A DNA stretch of 64,000 nt from IMG/VR virus record IMGVR_UViG_3300045051_000531, one strand, 5' to 3'. The position numbers were made by a program, and so were the translations under genes. This DNA is from a virus. Below are positions 29,327 to 38,572 of this stretch, one piece after another. The first letter of the stretch is position 1; each line of letters opens with the position of its first letter. The notes beneath the pieces were generated by a model. That model saw only the letters and a program-made list of their open reading frames with translations, was not told the DNA's origin and made no database searches.

Positions 29327-29551
29327 ATGCAGGTCATCCTGAACCATCCGAACGGTAAGCAGTACCGGCTCCCGGCCACACAGGTCGTCGTCTACAATGA
29401 CGACGGCCACCCAGTCGCGGTGACCTACGAGCACGGCGGTCTCCTGATCCACTCAGACGCCAGCCACAACGACTTCGACCGTACCCTGTTCTCGCTCAAG
29501 GTAGCCTCGATCGGCCCGATGCCGAAGGCTGAGGAGGCCAGCGGTGGCTGA
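29327..29551 (+). CDS. small protein coupled to beta'(C) gene
   Basis: 74 aa, overlaps start of 29544 by 8 nt. Confidence 0.55.
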   Translation: MQVILNHPNGKQYRLPATQVVVYNDDGHPVAVTYEHGGLLIHSDASHNDFDRTLFSLKVASIGPMPKAEEASGG

Positions 29552-31430
29552 CGTCACCACAGTCGGAACCCTGTTGATCAACGACGCCCTCCCTGAGGAG
29601 CTCCGGAAGGATCAGCACAAGCTCGACAAGAAGGGCGTCCACAAGCTCTTCATGGAGCTCGCTGAGAAATACCCGGACCGCTACAAGGAGGTCCTGAAGT
29701 CGTTGTCTGATGTCGGCAGGACCGCGGTGTGGACCGAAGGGCTCTCTGTGAGCCTGGCTGGGCTGCGGAAGTCGAAGGCCAAGGGGGCCATCCTGGGACC
29801 CGTGATGCAGCGTGTCCGAGCCATCATCGATGACGACACCCTGGATCCCAAGGAGCGCAAAGCCGCCATCATCAACGAGCTCATCCCGATCTCGGGTCCG
29901 CTCCAGGATGCCGTGTTGGAAGAGGCCCGCTCGGAGAACTCGCCGTTCGCCGTTCAGATCGATTCTGGTGCTCGTGGCAACAAGAGTGCCTTTGCGTCGC
30001 TTCGTGGCGCCGACCTGCTCACCACAGATCAGCGTGGTGACCTGATCCCGGTTCCGTTGGAGCACAGCTACGCCGAAGGTTTCACACCTGCGGAGTACTT
30101 CGCGGCGAGCTATGGTCAGCGGAAAGGCCAGCTGAGCGTCAAGCTGGCCACAGCTGACGCCGGGTTCCTGAACAAGCAGCTCGTCAATGCGGCGCACCGT
30201 CAGGTCATCACACGTGAGGTCCCCGAGCCTCGCCGGCTCCTGACCGGGCTTCCTGTCGACATCAACGACAAGGACAACATCGGAGCTGTGCTGGCGACAC
30301 AGATCGGTGATTACCCAGCGGGTACGGTCATCACCGATCGGATCCTTGAAGATCTCAAGGACAAGGATCACGACGAGATCCTGATCCACAGCCCGCTGAC
30401 GGAAATCAGCGAGGACGGCGGCATCAGCGCCTGGGCGGCTGGTCGGAGAACCCGCCAGGGCCTCCACGTCATCGGCGACAACATCGGGATCCCGGCTGCG
30501 CAGGCCATCGGTGAGCGGCTCAGCCAGGGTTCCCTGAACGCGAAGCACAGCGCCGGTGTCGGTGACCGGATCAAGAAGTCCGGTATGGAGTACATCAACC
30601 GGCTCATCCAGGCCCCCGAACACTTCCCCGAGGCTGGTCCCTTGGCGAACGCCGATGGCATCGTCAGCGACATCCGGGTCGCCCCGCAGGGTGGTCACTA
30701 CATCAAGATCGGCGAGGAAGAGCACTACGCCGGTCCCGACCTCGGTGTCACCGTCAAGGTCGGCGACAACGTCGAGCAGGGCGACGACCTCACCGATGGG
30801 GTCCCTCACCCAACCCAGCTCATCCGGCTGCGTGGGATCGGCGAGGCCCGCCGGGTCTATACGTCAGCGCTGCGGGACGCCCTGAACGATTCCGGGGCTC
30901 CGGCGCACCGCCGGAACGTGGAATCCGTGGTGGCTGGTCTGATGAACTGGGCCGAGATCCAGGATCCAGATGGTGTCGGTGACGCGATTTACGGCGACGT
31001 GGTCCCCTATGGGCGCCTCGCGGCGACCTACGAGCCCCGGCCTGATGCCAAGGAAGCCGACCCTGAGAAGCTCGTCGGGAACTACCTCGAAGAGCCCGCC
31101 CTGCACTACACCCCTGGTACCCGGATCACCAAGAAGGTCGCCAAGCGCCTCAAGAAGTGGGGCATCAACGGGGTCCGGGCGCACGTCGATCCCCCGGCCT
31201 TCGAACCGTACATGGTCCGTGGTCTCCACAGCGTTTACCACGACCCTGACTGGAAAGTCCGGCAAGCCGGCTTCTACACGGCCAGGGCCTTCGAGAAGTC
31301 CGTGCACCGCGGACTGGAGTCCGACACACAGTCCACCAGCTTCGTTCCGGCCCTGACGACCCCGAAAGTGCTTGGGCGTTCCCTGGGGACCCTGGGCAAG
31401 TACGGTGGCACCCCAGGCCAGAGCCGGTAA
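29544..31430 (+). CDS. rpoC: RNA polymerase beta' C-terminal subunit (bridge helix, trigger loop)
   Basis: DSGARGN; bridge helix YAEGFTPAEYFAASYGQRKG..ATADAGFLNKQLVNAA; trigger loop IPAAQAIGERLSQGSLNAKHSAG. Confidence 0.92.
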   Translation: MADVTTVGTLLINDALPEELRKDQHKLDKKGVHKLFMELAEKYPDRYKEVLKSLSDVGRTAVWTEGLSVSLAGLRKSKAKGAILGPVMQRVRAIIDDDTLDPKERKAAIINELIPISGPLQDAVLEEARSENSPFAVQIDSGARGNKSAFASLRGADLLTTDQRGDLIPVPLEHSYAEGFTPAEYFAASYGQRKGQLSVKLATADAGFLNKQLVNAAHRQVITREVPEPRRLLTGLPVDINDKDNIGAVLATQIGDYPAGTVITDRILEDLKDKDHDEILIHSPLTEISEDGGISAWAAGRRTRQGLHVIGDNIGIPAAQAIGERLSQGSLNAKHSAGVGDRIKKSGMEYINRLIQAPEHFPEAGPLANADGIVSDIRVAPQGGHYIKIGEEEHYAGPDLGVTVKVGDNVEQGDDLTDGVPHPTQLIRLRGIGEARRVYTSALRDALNDSGAPAHRRNVESVVAGLMNWAEIQDPDGVGDAIYGDVVPYGRLAATYEPRPDAKEADPEKLVGNYLEEPALHYTPGTRITKKVAKRLKKWGINGVRAHVDPPAFEPYMVRGLHSVYHDPDWKVRQAGFYTARAFEKSVHRGLESDTQSTSFVPALTTPKVLGRSLGTLGKYGGTPGQSR

Positions 31431-31457
31431 GCTGCTACCCAGGAACGGGATCCCACT

Positions 31458-33755
31458 ATGCCTGCACCCAATGAGACCGCACTGGAGAAGACGTTCTCGG
31501 ACCTGGCTTACAGCCATCTCCGCGACAAGAGCCAGGCGCTGCTGGACTACCTCGTCGGCTTCCAGCTCCTCAAGCAGGAGAACGATGGCCAGCGTGCCGT
31601 CGGCATCTTCGGCTTCGAGATCGACGAGGACTACTACTACGCCCCGATCTTCTTCCTGAACGGCGAGATTCGCGGCCTGGACTGCCTGTACTCGGTGAAG
31701 TCAGACATCTTCATGCCGCTGACCGATGACTGGGTCAACACGGTCATCAACCGTCGCCAGCTCTCCCTGGGCGAGAAGGACACCAGGTCCCGCGCCGAGC
31801 GCGGCACCCGTGTCCCGAACTACAGCCGGCTCAAGATCATCCCGGGCGGTGGCGGTGGCACCTCGCTGAAGCTGGGATCCGCTCAGCTCCAGAAGCTGAG
31901 CTCCGCCATGATGGGCGAGAACGCCGATCTGGCCGCGGTCCGCAAGATCGATCTGACCCACGAGATCGCTGCTGTCGGCGCCGGCCCGTTCTTCAAGGCT
32001 GCCATGGACCGGAACCCCCGGTTCCGCGCCGCCTTCGAAGACTTCGGCTACAACTACCTGGATCTCGCTGGGGCCCCAGTTCAGCAGGAGAAGGTCGCCG
32101 CTGAGGACGCCGTTGTCCTGATCAACTCGGTCACCGACGAAGGCGTCGACGAGCTCACCGACGAGCAGCGCACCACGGTTCTCGAAGGCGGCACTGCCGT
32201 CATCGACAATCGTCCCGAGGTCGCCAAGGCGATCCTGTACCGAAAGGAAGTCGAGCGCGAGCTCGAGAACCCGACTACGGGCGCCCTCTACGATGTCCTG
32301 TGGTCAGACGGTGCCGTGGCCCCAGCCCTGGTCTGCCCGATCGCCAATGGCGAAAACGAGGTCTTCGTCTTCCGTCCCAACGATGGCGACAAGTACTGCA
32401 GCATCGATCGCCGCAAGGTCTTCGTGACCCGGATGTACAGCGCCAACGAGCTCAACGACTGGCTCAAGAAGAACACCAAGGAAGCCTCGGCCATCAAGCC
32501 GCAGGAAGTCGTCGTCTTCATCGGTTGCGAGGGCGACGCTACCGCAGCGTTCTGCATCTCCGATGTTCGCACCGGGATCGATGGCATCACGGTGGCCACC
32601 GTGAATGATCGGCACCACATGGACGCCGGGAACAACTGCAGCAGCGCTCCGTGCATCAGCAGTGGCTACGCTCGCGGCAACAACGGCGACCCGGAGCCGA
32701 ATCAGTACAACAACCTGCCGATCGATGGGATGTGTGATCGGGGAACCCGTCAGCGCGATCCCACGGTCTTCACCAAGGAAGTCATCATCACCGAGGCCGG
32801 TGGTCGCTCGCCTCGGTTCTCCAAGACGCAGGTCATCGTCAACGACAAGCACTTCTACGCTCTGAAGGTGAACACCTTCAAGCTGGTCTCGACCAGCGAG
32901 CTCTACGAGGGCGAAGTCGAGAAGTACGGTGAGCCCAGGAAGGACGCCCAGCTCAAAGAGTCCGACTTCGGCTGCTACTCCACGGTCTACGAGGCCCTCG
33001 ACAAGGTCGCGGCTGAGTTGAAGACTTGGAAGACGGGTCGCGATCTCACCGTGAAGACCGCGGGTCTCCTGGAGACCGTGGCTTCGGAGCGCGACGCCCT
33101 GGCTGTTCTGATGCAGAAGCTCGGGATGTCGGAGACCGATGCGCGCGTCGTCATCGCTGAGGCTGGTCCAACGGTTCAGTACTACAAGCTGAGCCCGACC
33201 ACCAAGGCCGCGGCTGCCATGCTGGATCTCCCTGAGATCAGGGACACCGATCTCGGTGGTTTCATGAACAGCTACCACCAGTCCCAGGTGCCCTACGCGA
33301 CCACGAACAAGCGGGCCCCCGAGGACAACCGCGAGTTCTACCGGTACTACAGCCCGTTCGCGGGCGGCGCCCCGGACAGCGAGGGCGGCAATGATGGCGG
33401 CGAGGACACCTTCGGGATCGTCGACGAAGCCGCCAAGACGGGTGAGAAGGAAGTCTTCGATGCCGCCGCGTTGGGTTCCCTGATCAAGGCCCACAACCCG
33501 ACGGATCTCGTGGATCGCTTCCTGCCCACGATCACCTCAGGCATGGATCGCATCGGCCGCATGCTGTTCCTGATCTACTGGCACTACGAGGACTTCGAGG
33601 AGCGCTACGGCGAGGACGAGCTCAGCGAGTTCATGGACAACCTGCGCACCGTCTTCGAGCAGCTCGGCGACATCGTGATCTTCGCCAAGAAGCGCACCCT
33701 GGCTGGGGACCCCGAACACTACGGTCTCGGGGCCGCCCCGAACATGGAGGGCTGA
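31458..33755 (+). CDS. prohead core-type protein (765 aa)
   Basis: strongly GC3-biased ORF between RNAP and head genes; KVAA, KTAG, KAAA motifs. Confidence 0.55.
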   Translation: MPAPNETALEKTFSDLAYSHLRDKSQALLDYLVGFQLLKQENDGQRAVGIFGFEIDEDYYYAPIFFLNGEIRGLDCLYSVKSDIFMPLTDDWVNTVINRRQLSLGEKDTRSRAERGTRVPNYSRLKIIPGGGGGTSLKLGSAQLQKLSSAMMGENADLAAVRKIDLTHEIAAVGAGPFFKAAMDRNPRFRAAFEDFGYNYLDLAGAPVQQEKVAAEDAVVLINSVTDEGVDELTDEQRTTVLEGGTAVIDNRPEVAKAILYRKEVERELENPTTGALYDVLWSDGAVAPALVCPIANGENEVFVFRPNDGDKYCSIDRRKVFVTRMYSANELNDWLKKNTKEASAIKPQEVVVFIGCEGDATAAFCISDVRTGIDGITVATVNDRHHMDAGNNCSSAPCISSGYARGNNGDPEPNQYNNLPIDGMCDRGTRQRDPTVFTKEVIITEAGGRSPRFSKTQVIVNDKHFYALKVNTFKLVSTSELYEGEVEKYGEPRKDAQLKESDFGCYSTVYEALDKVAAELKTWKTGRDLTVKTAGLLETVASERDALAVLMQKLGMSETDARVVIAEAGPTVQYYKLSPTTKAAAAMLDLPEIRDTDLGGFMNSYHQSQVPYATTNKRAPEDNREFYRYYSPFAGGAPDSEGGNDGGEDTFGIVDEAAKTGEKEVFDAAALGSLIKAHNPTDLVDRFLPTITSGMDRIGRMLFLIYWHYEDFEERYGEDELSEFMDNLRTVFEQLGDIVIFAKKRTLAGDPEHYGLGAAPNMEG

Positions 33756-33758
33756 GCT

Positions 33759-34928
33759 GTGAAGAACACGGCCAAGATCTTGCAGCGTGCTGTCATTAAG
33801 ACAGCCGAGACTTGGGCTGACTACGAGCAGTCGAACCCGGACTGGACCGATGAAGAGAAACGGCGGTATTTCTTAGCCTATCTCGGGAAGCTTCAGGGCG
33901 ACGATAAGCTGCCGAAGGGTGTGAAAACGAAGCGCTGGGCCCGCTGGCTTCTGGGTGGTGTCCCGTACGTTCCGGGCAGCGAAGGTAAGCGACTCTACCC
34001 GAACCGGTTGACGTTCGAGAAGTCGGCGGTGATGGGCGCCATGCCGGTGTCCCTGCAGCCCAATGCTGACGTCAACGGGGTCATCGCGAATCAGCCCCGT
34101 GCATCGGTATCCAAGGCGGCAAGCCCGGCCCCGACCAAGGGGAACGTGGGTACGTTGCCACAGCAGCGCGGCCCAGGCTCTTCGACACTGACTGAGTCGT
34201 TGCGCAAGCTGAACGCGGCTCCGGGTGTCGGAACTCTTCCGGCGCCGAAGCCGACGGTGTCTCCTGGCGTCAGCTCGGTGAAGCAGACCTCGATGACGAA
34301 GAACGTGGGTAACACCGGCGCCCCGCAGATCGGCGGCAATGGACCTACAGCCCCCAGCAGCGCTCAGCAGAACCTCAACGATCTGTCGAGTGTGACGCCG
34401 TCGGGGTCCGGGGCATCCAATGACTCCATGCCGCTCATCAAGACGGAGTCCGCCAAGCTGGCTTGGTTCCTGAACCGGAAGACCGCGCTGAGCACCGGGG
34501 TCGGCGGCGGCACGGACCCCGTGTACCGCAACGACCAGCCGGCCAGCAAGAACCCGGCAGCACCACCGTTGCAGGAGAAGAGCGAGACCGGGCTCATGGC
34601 GGCCAGCAATAAGACGTCAGCGTTGACCAAGAAACTGGCGGCCTCCCTGGACCTCCTGACCAGGCTGGCCCCGCTGGTTAATAAGCGCTTCCTGCCGTTT
34701 GATGGCGGGCCCAAGGTTACCCCGACGTATCTGGCGCAGGCCCTGGCAGAGGGTGGCGCAGACTACGTTGGTGCGGCCGTGGAGACCACGGGAAAGGCTG
34801 CTAAGTCTTTGGCCGCACCTCCTTGGCCGGTACCCATGAAACTCAGGATTCTGCAGGCTGCTCGGAAGCTCCAGCGGACCGGAGAAGGCATAAGGCAATC
34901 CTGGCCCCTCGGTAGCTCGCTCCGGTAA
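33759..34928 (+). CDS. Ser/Thr/Pro-rich putative internal head protein
   Basis: IKTAE, EKSA, SKAAS, AKLA, RKTA, KKLAA. Confidence 0.6.
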   Translation: MKNTAKILQRAVIKTAETWADYEQSNPDWTDEEKRRYFLAYLGKLQGDDKLPKGVKTKRWARWLLGGVPYVPGSEGKRLYPNRLTFEKSAVMGAMPVSLQPNADVNGVIANQPRASVSKAASPAPTKGNVGTLPQQRGPGSSTLTESLRKLNAAPGVGTLPAPKPTVSPGVSSVKQTSMTKNVGNTGAPQIGGNGPTAPSSAQQNLNDLSSVTPSGSGASNDSMPLIKTESAKLAWFLNRKTALSTGVGGGTDPVYRNDQPASKNPAAPPLQEKSETGLMAASNKTSALTKKLAASLDLLTRLAPLVNKRFLPFDGGPKVTPTYLAQALAEGGADYVGAAVETTGKAAKSLAAPPWPVPMKLRILQAARKLQRTGEGIRQSWPLGSSLR

Positions 34929-34945
34929 CCTGCCAGACCCCTATC

Positions 34946-34973
34946 TAGCGAATCAGCTCGAACCCGATAACCT
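34946..34973 (+). promoter_or_regulatory. possible promoter TAGCGA-N16-TAACCT
   Basis: intergenic; GCGAA..AGCT resembles 11442 region. Confidence 0.3.
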
Positions 34974-35010
34974 GACCCACGTCAAGCAGCCATCCTGAAG
35001 GACCCCTACC

Positions 35011-35205
35011 ATGCCCGCTCCCCAGACGAAGCAGATCAAGCTCAGCGCTGACCAGCAGAAGAAGCTCGCCGCTGTCGACCAGTTCGACCGCGAGCAGGCC
35101 TTCGAAGTTGGCTTCGCGAAGTGCGCCAAGGACCTCGGCCTGAACGACACCGAGTTCAAGCAGTTCTACGAGGCCGCCTGCGAGAAGCTGGCTGCCGCGA
35201 AGTAA
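35011..35205 (+). CDS. small helical protein (64 aa)
   Basis: RBS GAAGGA; AFEVGFAKCA and EKLAA motifs; strong GC3 bias. Confidence 0.65.
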   Translation: MPAPQTKQIKLSADQQKKLAAVDQFDREQAFEVGFAKCAKDLGLNDTEFKQFYEAACEKLAAAK

Positions 35206-35218
35206 GTCCGAGTAGGAC

Positions 35219-36019
35219 ATGCTTCCTAGGCTGCTGGCCCCAGATCGGCCGGACTGGCGCTGGGCCCGTGTAGCCGATCTCTCGCAGTTCTCCAATACCC
35301 AGGCCACGGCGCGACTTCGTTCCGAGGACGAAGCAACGCGCCGTGCATACATGTTCCGGCGTGCCCTGGATCGCGGCACCCCGGACGACTTCCCGGATCT
35401 CCACGCCGCACATCATGTCTTCCACACCAGGCCACACGCCAGGTTCTTCCTGGAGGGCATGTTGCTGGCTGGTGCCGACAACGAGCGCATCGCGTCGGTG
35501 TCCGCTGATGTCGATGCGGTCTCCGTGGTCCAGGCCTACCATGACCTGTTCTTCGCGGTTCGGCCTTATCTGAAGAAGCCGGCTTGGGTTGTGGCCTCCG
35601 TCTTCCAGGGCCCCGTGTACCGGACCCACGCCATGGATCGCTCCGGGATCATGCTGCGGGTCGCCTGGATCCTGGGACCACAGGCGTTCGAGACGATGGT
35701 CTGCCGCGGCAACGCCACAGAGTTGGACCGGAATCAGATCCGGACCATGGTGGAAACCATCCTGCACTCCCAGCTCGCCGAAGTCGCGTTCTCCGCGGCT
35801 ACCCGGCAGGATCTCCCCGACTGGATCACCGCGTTCCTGGCCAAGGTCGACGACGCCAAGGCGCCGGGTTCCTCGGACGCCGAGGTCTCCGGACACGTGG
35901 TCTCGTTCCTGGACGGCTTAGCGCTGTCTGTTGCTGACCCCACCGACACCCGTAACTTGAACCTGCCGGCGCGTGAAGCGCGTGCCATCGCCATACCCGA
36001 GGTAGCAACCAATGCCTGA
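35219..36019 (+). CDS. hypothetical protein
   Basis: 266 aa ORF, tightly packed, GC3-biased. Confidence 0.6.
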   Translation: MLPRLLAPDRPDWRWARVADLSQFSNTQATARLRSEDEATRRAYMFRRALDRGTPDDFPDLHAAHHVFHTRPHARFFLEGMLLAGADNERIASVSADVDAVSVVQAYHDLFFAVRPYLKKPAWVVASVFQGPVYRTHAMDRSGIMLRVAWILGPQAFETMVCRGNATELDRNQIRTMVETILHSQLAEVAFSAATRQDLPDWITAFLAKVDDAKAPGSSDAEVSGHVVSFLDGLALSVADPTDTRNLNLPAREARAIAIPEVATNA

Positions 36020-37394
36020 ATCTCTGATGAGTGAGGCCCGTCATGAGTGCCTCATCAAAGCCGCTGAGGAGACCATCGGGCTCATGAACATCGGTGTCGA
36101 TGGCAACGCTGCTCTCGCCAAGGTGGCCGAGGACTCCGATCTCAACGACCACGAGGTCGAGATCGTGGCTCACGCCATCAACAACTCCAAGCAGCTCGCT
36201 CACCTGCAGTCCTCGAAGCCCGAGGACCGCGAGAACGCGTTCCCGCTGGTGGATCCTAAGGCCGTGAAGGTCCATCAGGAGGAACCCACGACGAACGCCG
36301 ACGTCGAGACCGGGAACCGCTATGGCTCCCAGGATACCCCGTCGCAGAGCGCCGAGGATCGCTTCGAGGGGAACGATGCCCTCGACATCCAGAAGGAGGT
36401 CTCCAAGGAGGCCTCGGTTCAGGACTTCCGCACCGCTGGGACCAAGGTCGACCACGCCGCCGCGCTCCGCGAAGGCTGGGGACTCCAGCAGGCCAAAGTG
36501 GCCCAGGCCCAGGTCAAGCCGAACCAGGACGTCTGGGCTCCGTTCCGGAAGCTGAGCGGCGACGCCCACGTCCTCCAGGACGCCAGCCGAGCCATCCTGG
36601 AACTCCGGGAGGCCGCCGAGGGTGTCCTGGCCAAGCTGGCCTACGAGCTCCGCCGGACCGATGCTCCGAAGTGGGCCGGGATCGAGAAAGCCGCAGCCGC
36701 CAGTGGTGTCAGTTCAGACACCATCGACCTGGTCTACAACACGGCCGGGCTGGAGAAGTTCGGCGAGGCCCGGGCTGACCTCACCAAGACGGCGTCCGAT
36801 CGGATCTTCGTCTCGGCTCGGGAGGCTGCGATCGTCGAACTTTGTGTCCGCGCGGACACCATCATCAAGGAAGCCGGCGAGCTCGTCGCGACACGGGATG
36901 CCGCGCAGAACAGCTCCAGCGCCGCTGAGCTGGATCTCCTCGGGGTCAAGACCGCTGGTGAAGCCCAGTCGTACGCCCCAGGAGCCTTCGTGGAAGGCGG
37001 CTCGATCAAGTTCGATCCTGGTGCCATCAGCAAGGAGTTCGAAACGGCCCCGCAGGACATCCTGTCCCCGGACAACATGATGATTGCGGCTGGTGGCAAG
37101 CCGACCGGAGCCGAGGCTCCTGAGCTGAGCTACGATAATGCCGTTGGTCAAGGCTTCAGGCAGGACGTCGCCAACATCGATGCCAGGGGTCAGATCGAGG
37201 GGCTCATGAAGGATGACTACATCGGTGGTCACGAGCTCCCGGAAGTCATCGAGGCCTACAACGCCGCGATGTCGGTGAACCCGAACTTCGGTCGCGCTGA
37301 ACTCGTCAGCTATATCCGGCAGCACCTCGCCACGAAGGGCGGCGTCCCGCTGGATCTCCAGATCAGGGCGCGCAACAAGGGTCAGTCGGCATGA
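36012..37394 (+). CDS. putative prohead core protein
   Basis: KAAE, KVAE, KEAS, KTAS, KTAG motifs; acidic/Ala-rich. Confidence 0.6.
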   Translation: MPESLMSEARHECLIKAAEETIGLMNIGVDGNAALAKVAEDSDLNDHEVEIVAHAINNSKQLAHLQSSKPEDRENAFPLVDPKAVKVHQEEPTTNADVETGNRYGSQDTPSQSAEDRFEGNDALDIQKEVSKEASVQDFRTAGTKVDHAAALREGWGLQQAKVAQAQVKPNQDVWAPFRKLSGDAHVLQDASRAILELREAAEGVLAKLAYELRRTDAPKWAGIEKAAAASGVSSDTIDLVYNTAGLEKFGEARADLTKTASDRIFVSAREAAIVELCVRADTIIKEAGELVATRDAAQNSSSAAELDLLGVKTAGEAQSYAPGAFVEGGSIKFDPGAISKEFETAPQDILSPDNMMIAAGGKPTGAEAPELSYDNAVGQGFRQDVANIDARGQIEGLMKDDYIGGHELPEVIEAYNAAMSVNPNFGRAELVSYIRQHLATKGGVPLDLQIRARNKGQSA

Positions 37395-38572
37395 GTTTCG
37401 CCAAGCAGGCCTCGGAAATCGTCACGGATCGTGTCGCGTGTCTCCTGTTGGCCAAGGAGGCCGAGGCTGTCGTCATCGATCCGGATCGTGAGCTCCAGGA
37501 CGAAGCCACTGAGGACGAGGTCCGGAAGTCGAAGCGGAACCGACTGCTCTGGGCCCTCGGCGGACTCGCGGCGCTTGGTGGCGGCGGGTACCTGGCCCAT
37601 CGTACCGGGATGCTGGACGCGATCGGTGATAAGTTCAGGTCCAAAAATCCTGACACCCAACCAGGCGTGCTCCAGCGCGGTGCTGAGGCCGTATCGCAGG
37701 TCCCAGCTACCGCGTCGCTCGCACTGGGTGCTCTGAACGCATCGCGTGGTTCGCGTCGGATCTCCGAGTTCCTGCCCACAGGCCCGCGGGCACTGCGTCG
37801 GCATGCCCCAGGCAACCCGGCGGACTCCCTGCACGGTACCCTCGGAATGGCCGATCAGCTGCGCGAGGATGTACAGCGGACTCCAACGACCGGTGCTGGT
37901 GATGGGATCTGGTCGACCGTGAGCGGAAACCGTGAGCGGGCCGAATTGCGTGACCGTATGCATAGGATTTTCGAGGGCCTCCCGAAGGGCACGAACCAGG
38001 CGCAGCTCGCCGATCGATTCACGCAGATGTTCGATCGTCAGGGAGCCGCTCCAACTGGGCTTCAGGAAGTCCTGTGGAATCGTGCACGGGCCACGCCCGG
38101 CCCCGGTTCGATGACGCTAGACGATATCGACAAACTCGAGCGCACCGTCGCTGATACCACGCGAGGCGGCCGGTTCGGACGTCTCTTCGCGAATCGTCAC
38201 GTCGATCAAACCGCGCTCAGGCTTCTCGAAGAAGGCCTGCAGAACGACATCGCTGCAGCGAAAGCTGGCGATGCCACCGCGAAGGCGCGCATCGAACGCG
38301 TCGCACGCGAGGACATGGGCTTCGACCCGAAGATGCGAGCAAAGGGAGACCCAGCTATCAGTGAGGCTGACGCGGCTGAAAAGCTGCGCGGCACGCTGCG
38401 GCAGTTCCGTACGCTGCCGACACGCCCTGGTCGTAGTGTTGCGGGTGTACTGCGCCGCGGGCTTCTCCCGCTCGCGATTACACATGGTGTCGCCCCTGTG
38501 ACCGCTGGTGCGCTGCGCTGGTCCGGGCTCGACGCACAACCAGCTCCGAAACCGGAAGAGCAGAAACCGTGA
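37391..38572 (+). CDS. membrane-anchored putative internal head protein
   Basis: MSFAKQAS..AKEAE leader; LLWALGGLAALGGGGYLA TM. Confidence 0.6.
   Translation: MSFAKQASEIVTDRVACLLLAKEAEAVVIDPDRELQDEATEDEVRKSKRNRLLWALGGLAALGGGGYLAHRTGMLDAIGDKFRSKNPDTQPGVLQRGAEAVSQVPATASLALGALNASRGSRRISEFLPTGPRALRRHAPGNPADSLHGTLGMADQLREDVQRTPTTGAGDGIWSTVSGNRERAELRDRMHRIFEGLPKGTNQAQLADRFTQMFDRQGAAPTGLQEVLWNRARATPGPGSMTLDDIDKLERTVADTTRGGRFGRLFANRHVDQTALRLLEEGLQNDIAAAKAGDATAKARIERVAREDMGFDPKMRAKGDPAISEADAAEKLRGTLRQFRTLPTRPGRSVAGVLRRGLLPLAITHGVAPVTAGALRWSGLDAQPAPKPEEQKP

Noticed and set aside
25596-29543. Intron or intein interrupting beta'
   Set aside because: Interval is filled by coupled ORFs, with no homing endonuclease, RT or splice motifs; both RNAP parts have their own start and stop
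21189-31430. Bacterial rpoBC operon
   Set aside because: No ribosomal protein or nusG context, divergent motifs, surrounded by portal, capsid and tail genes
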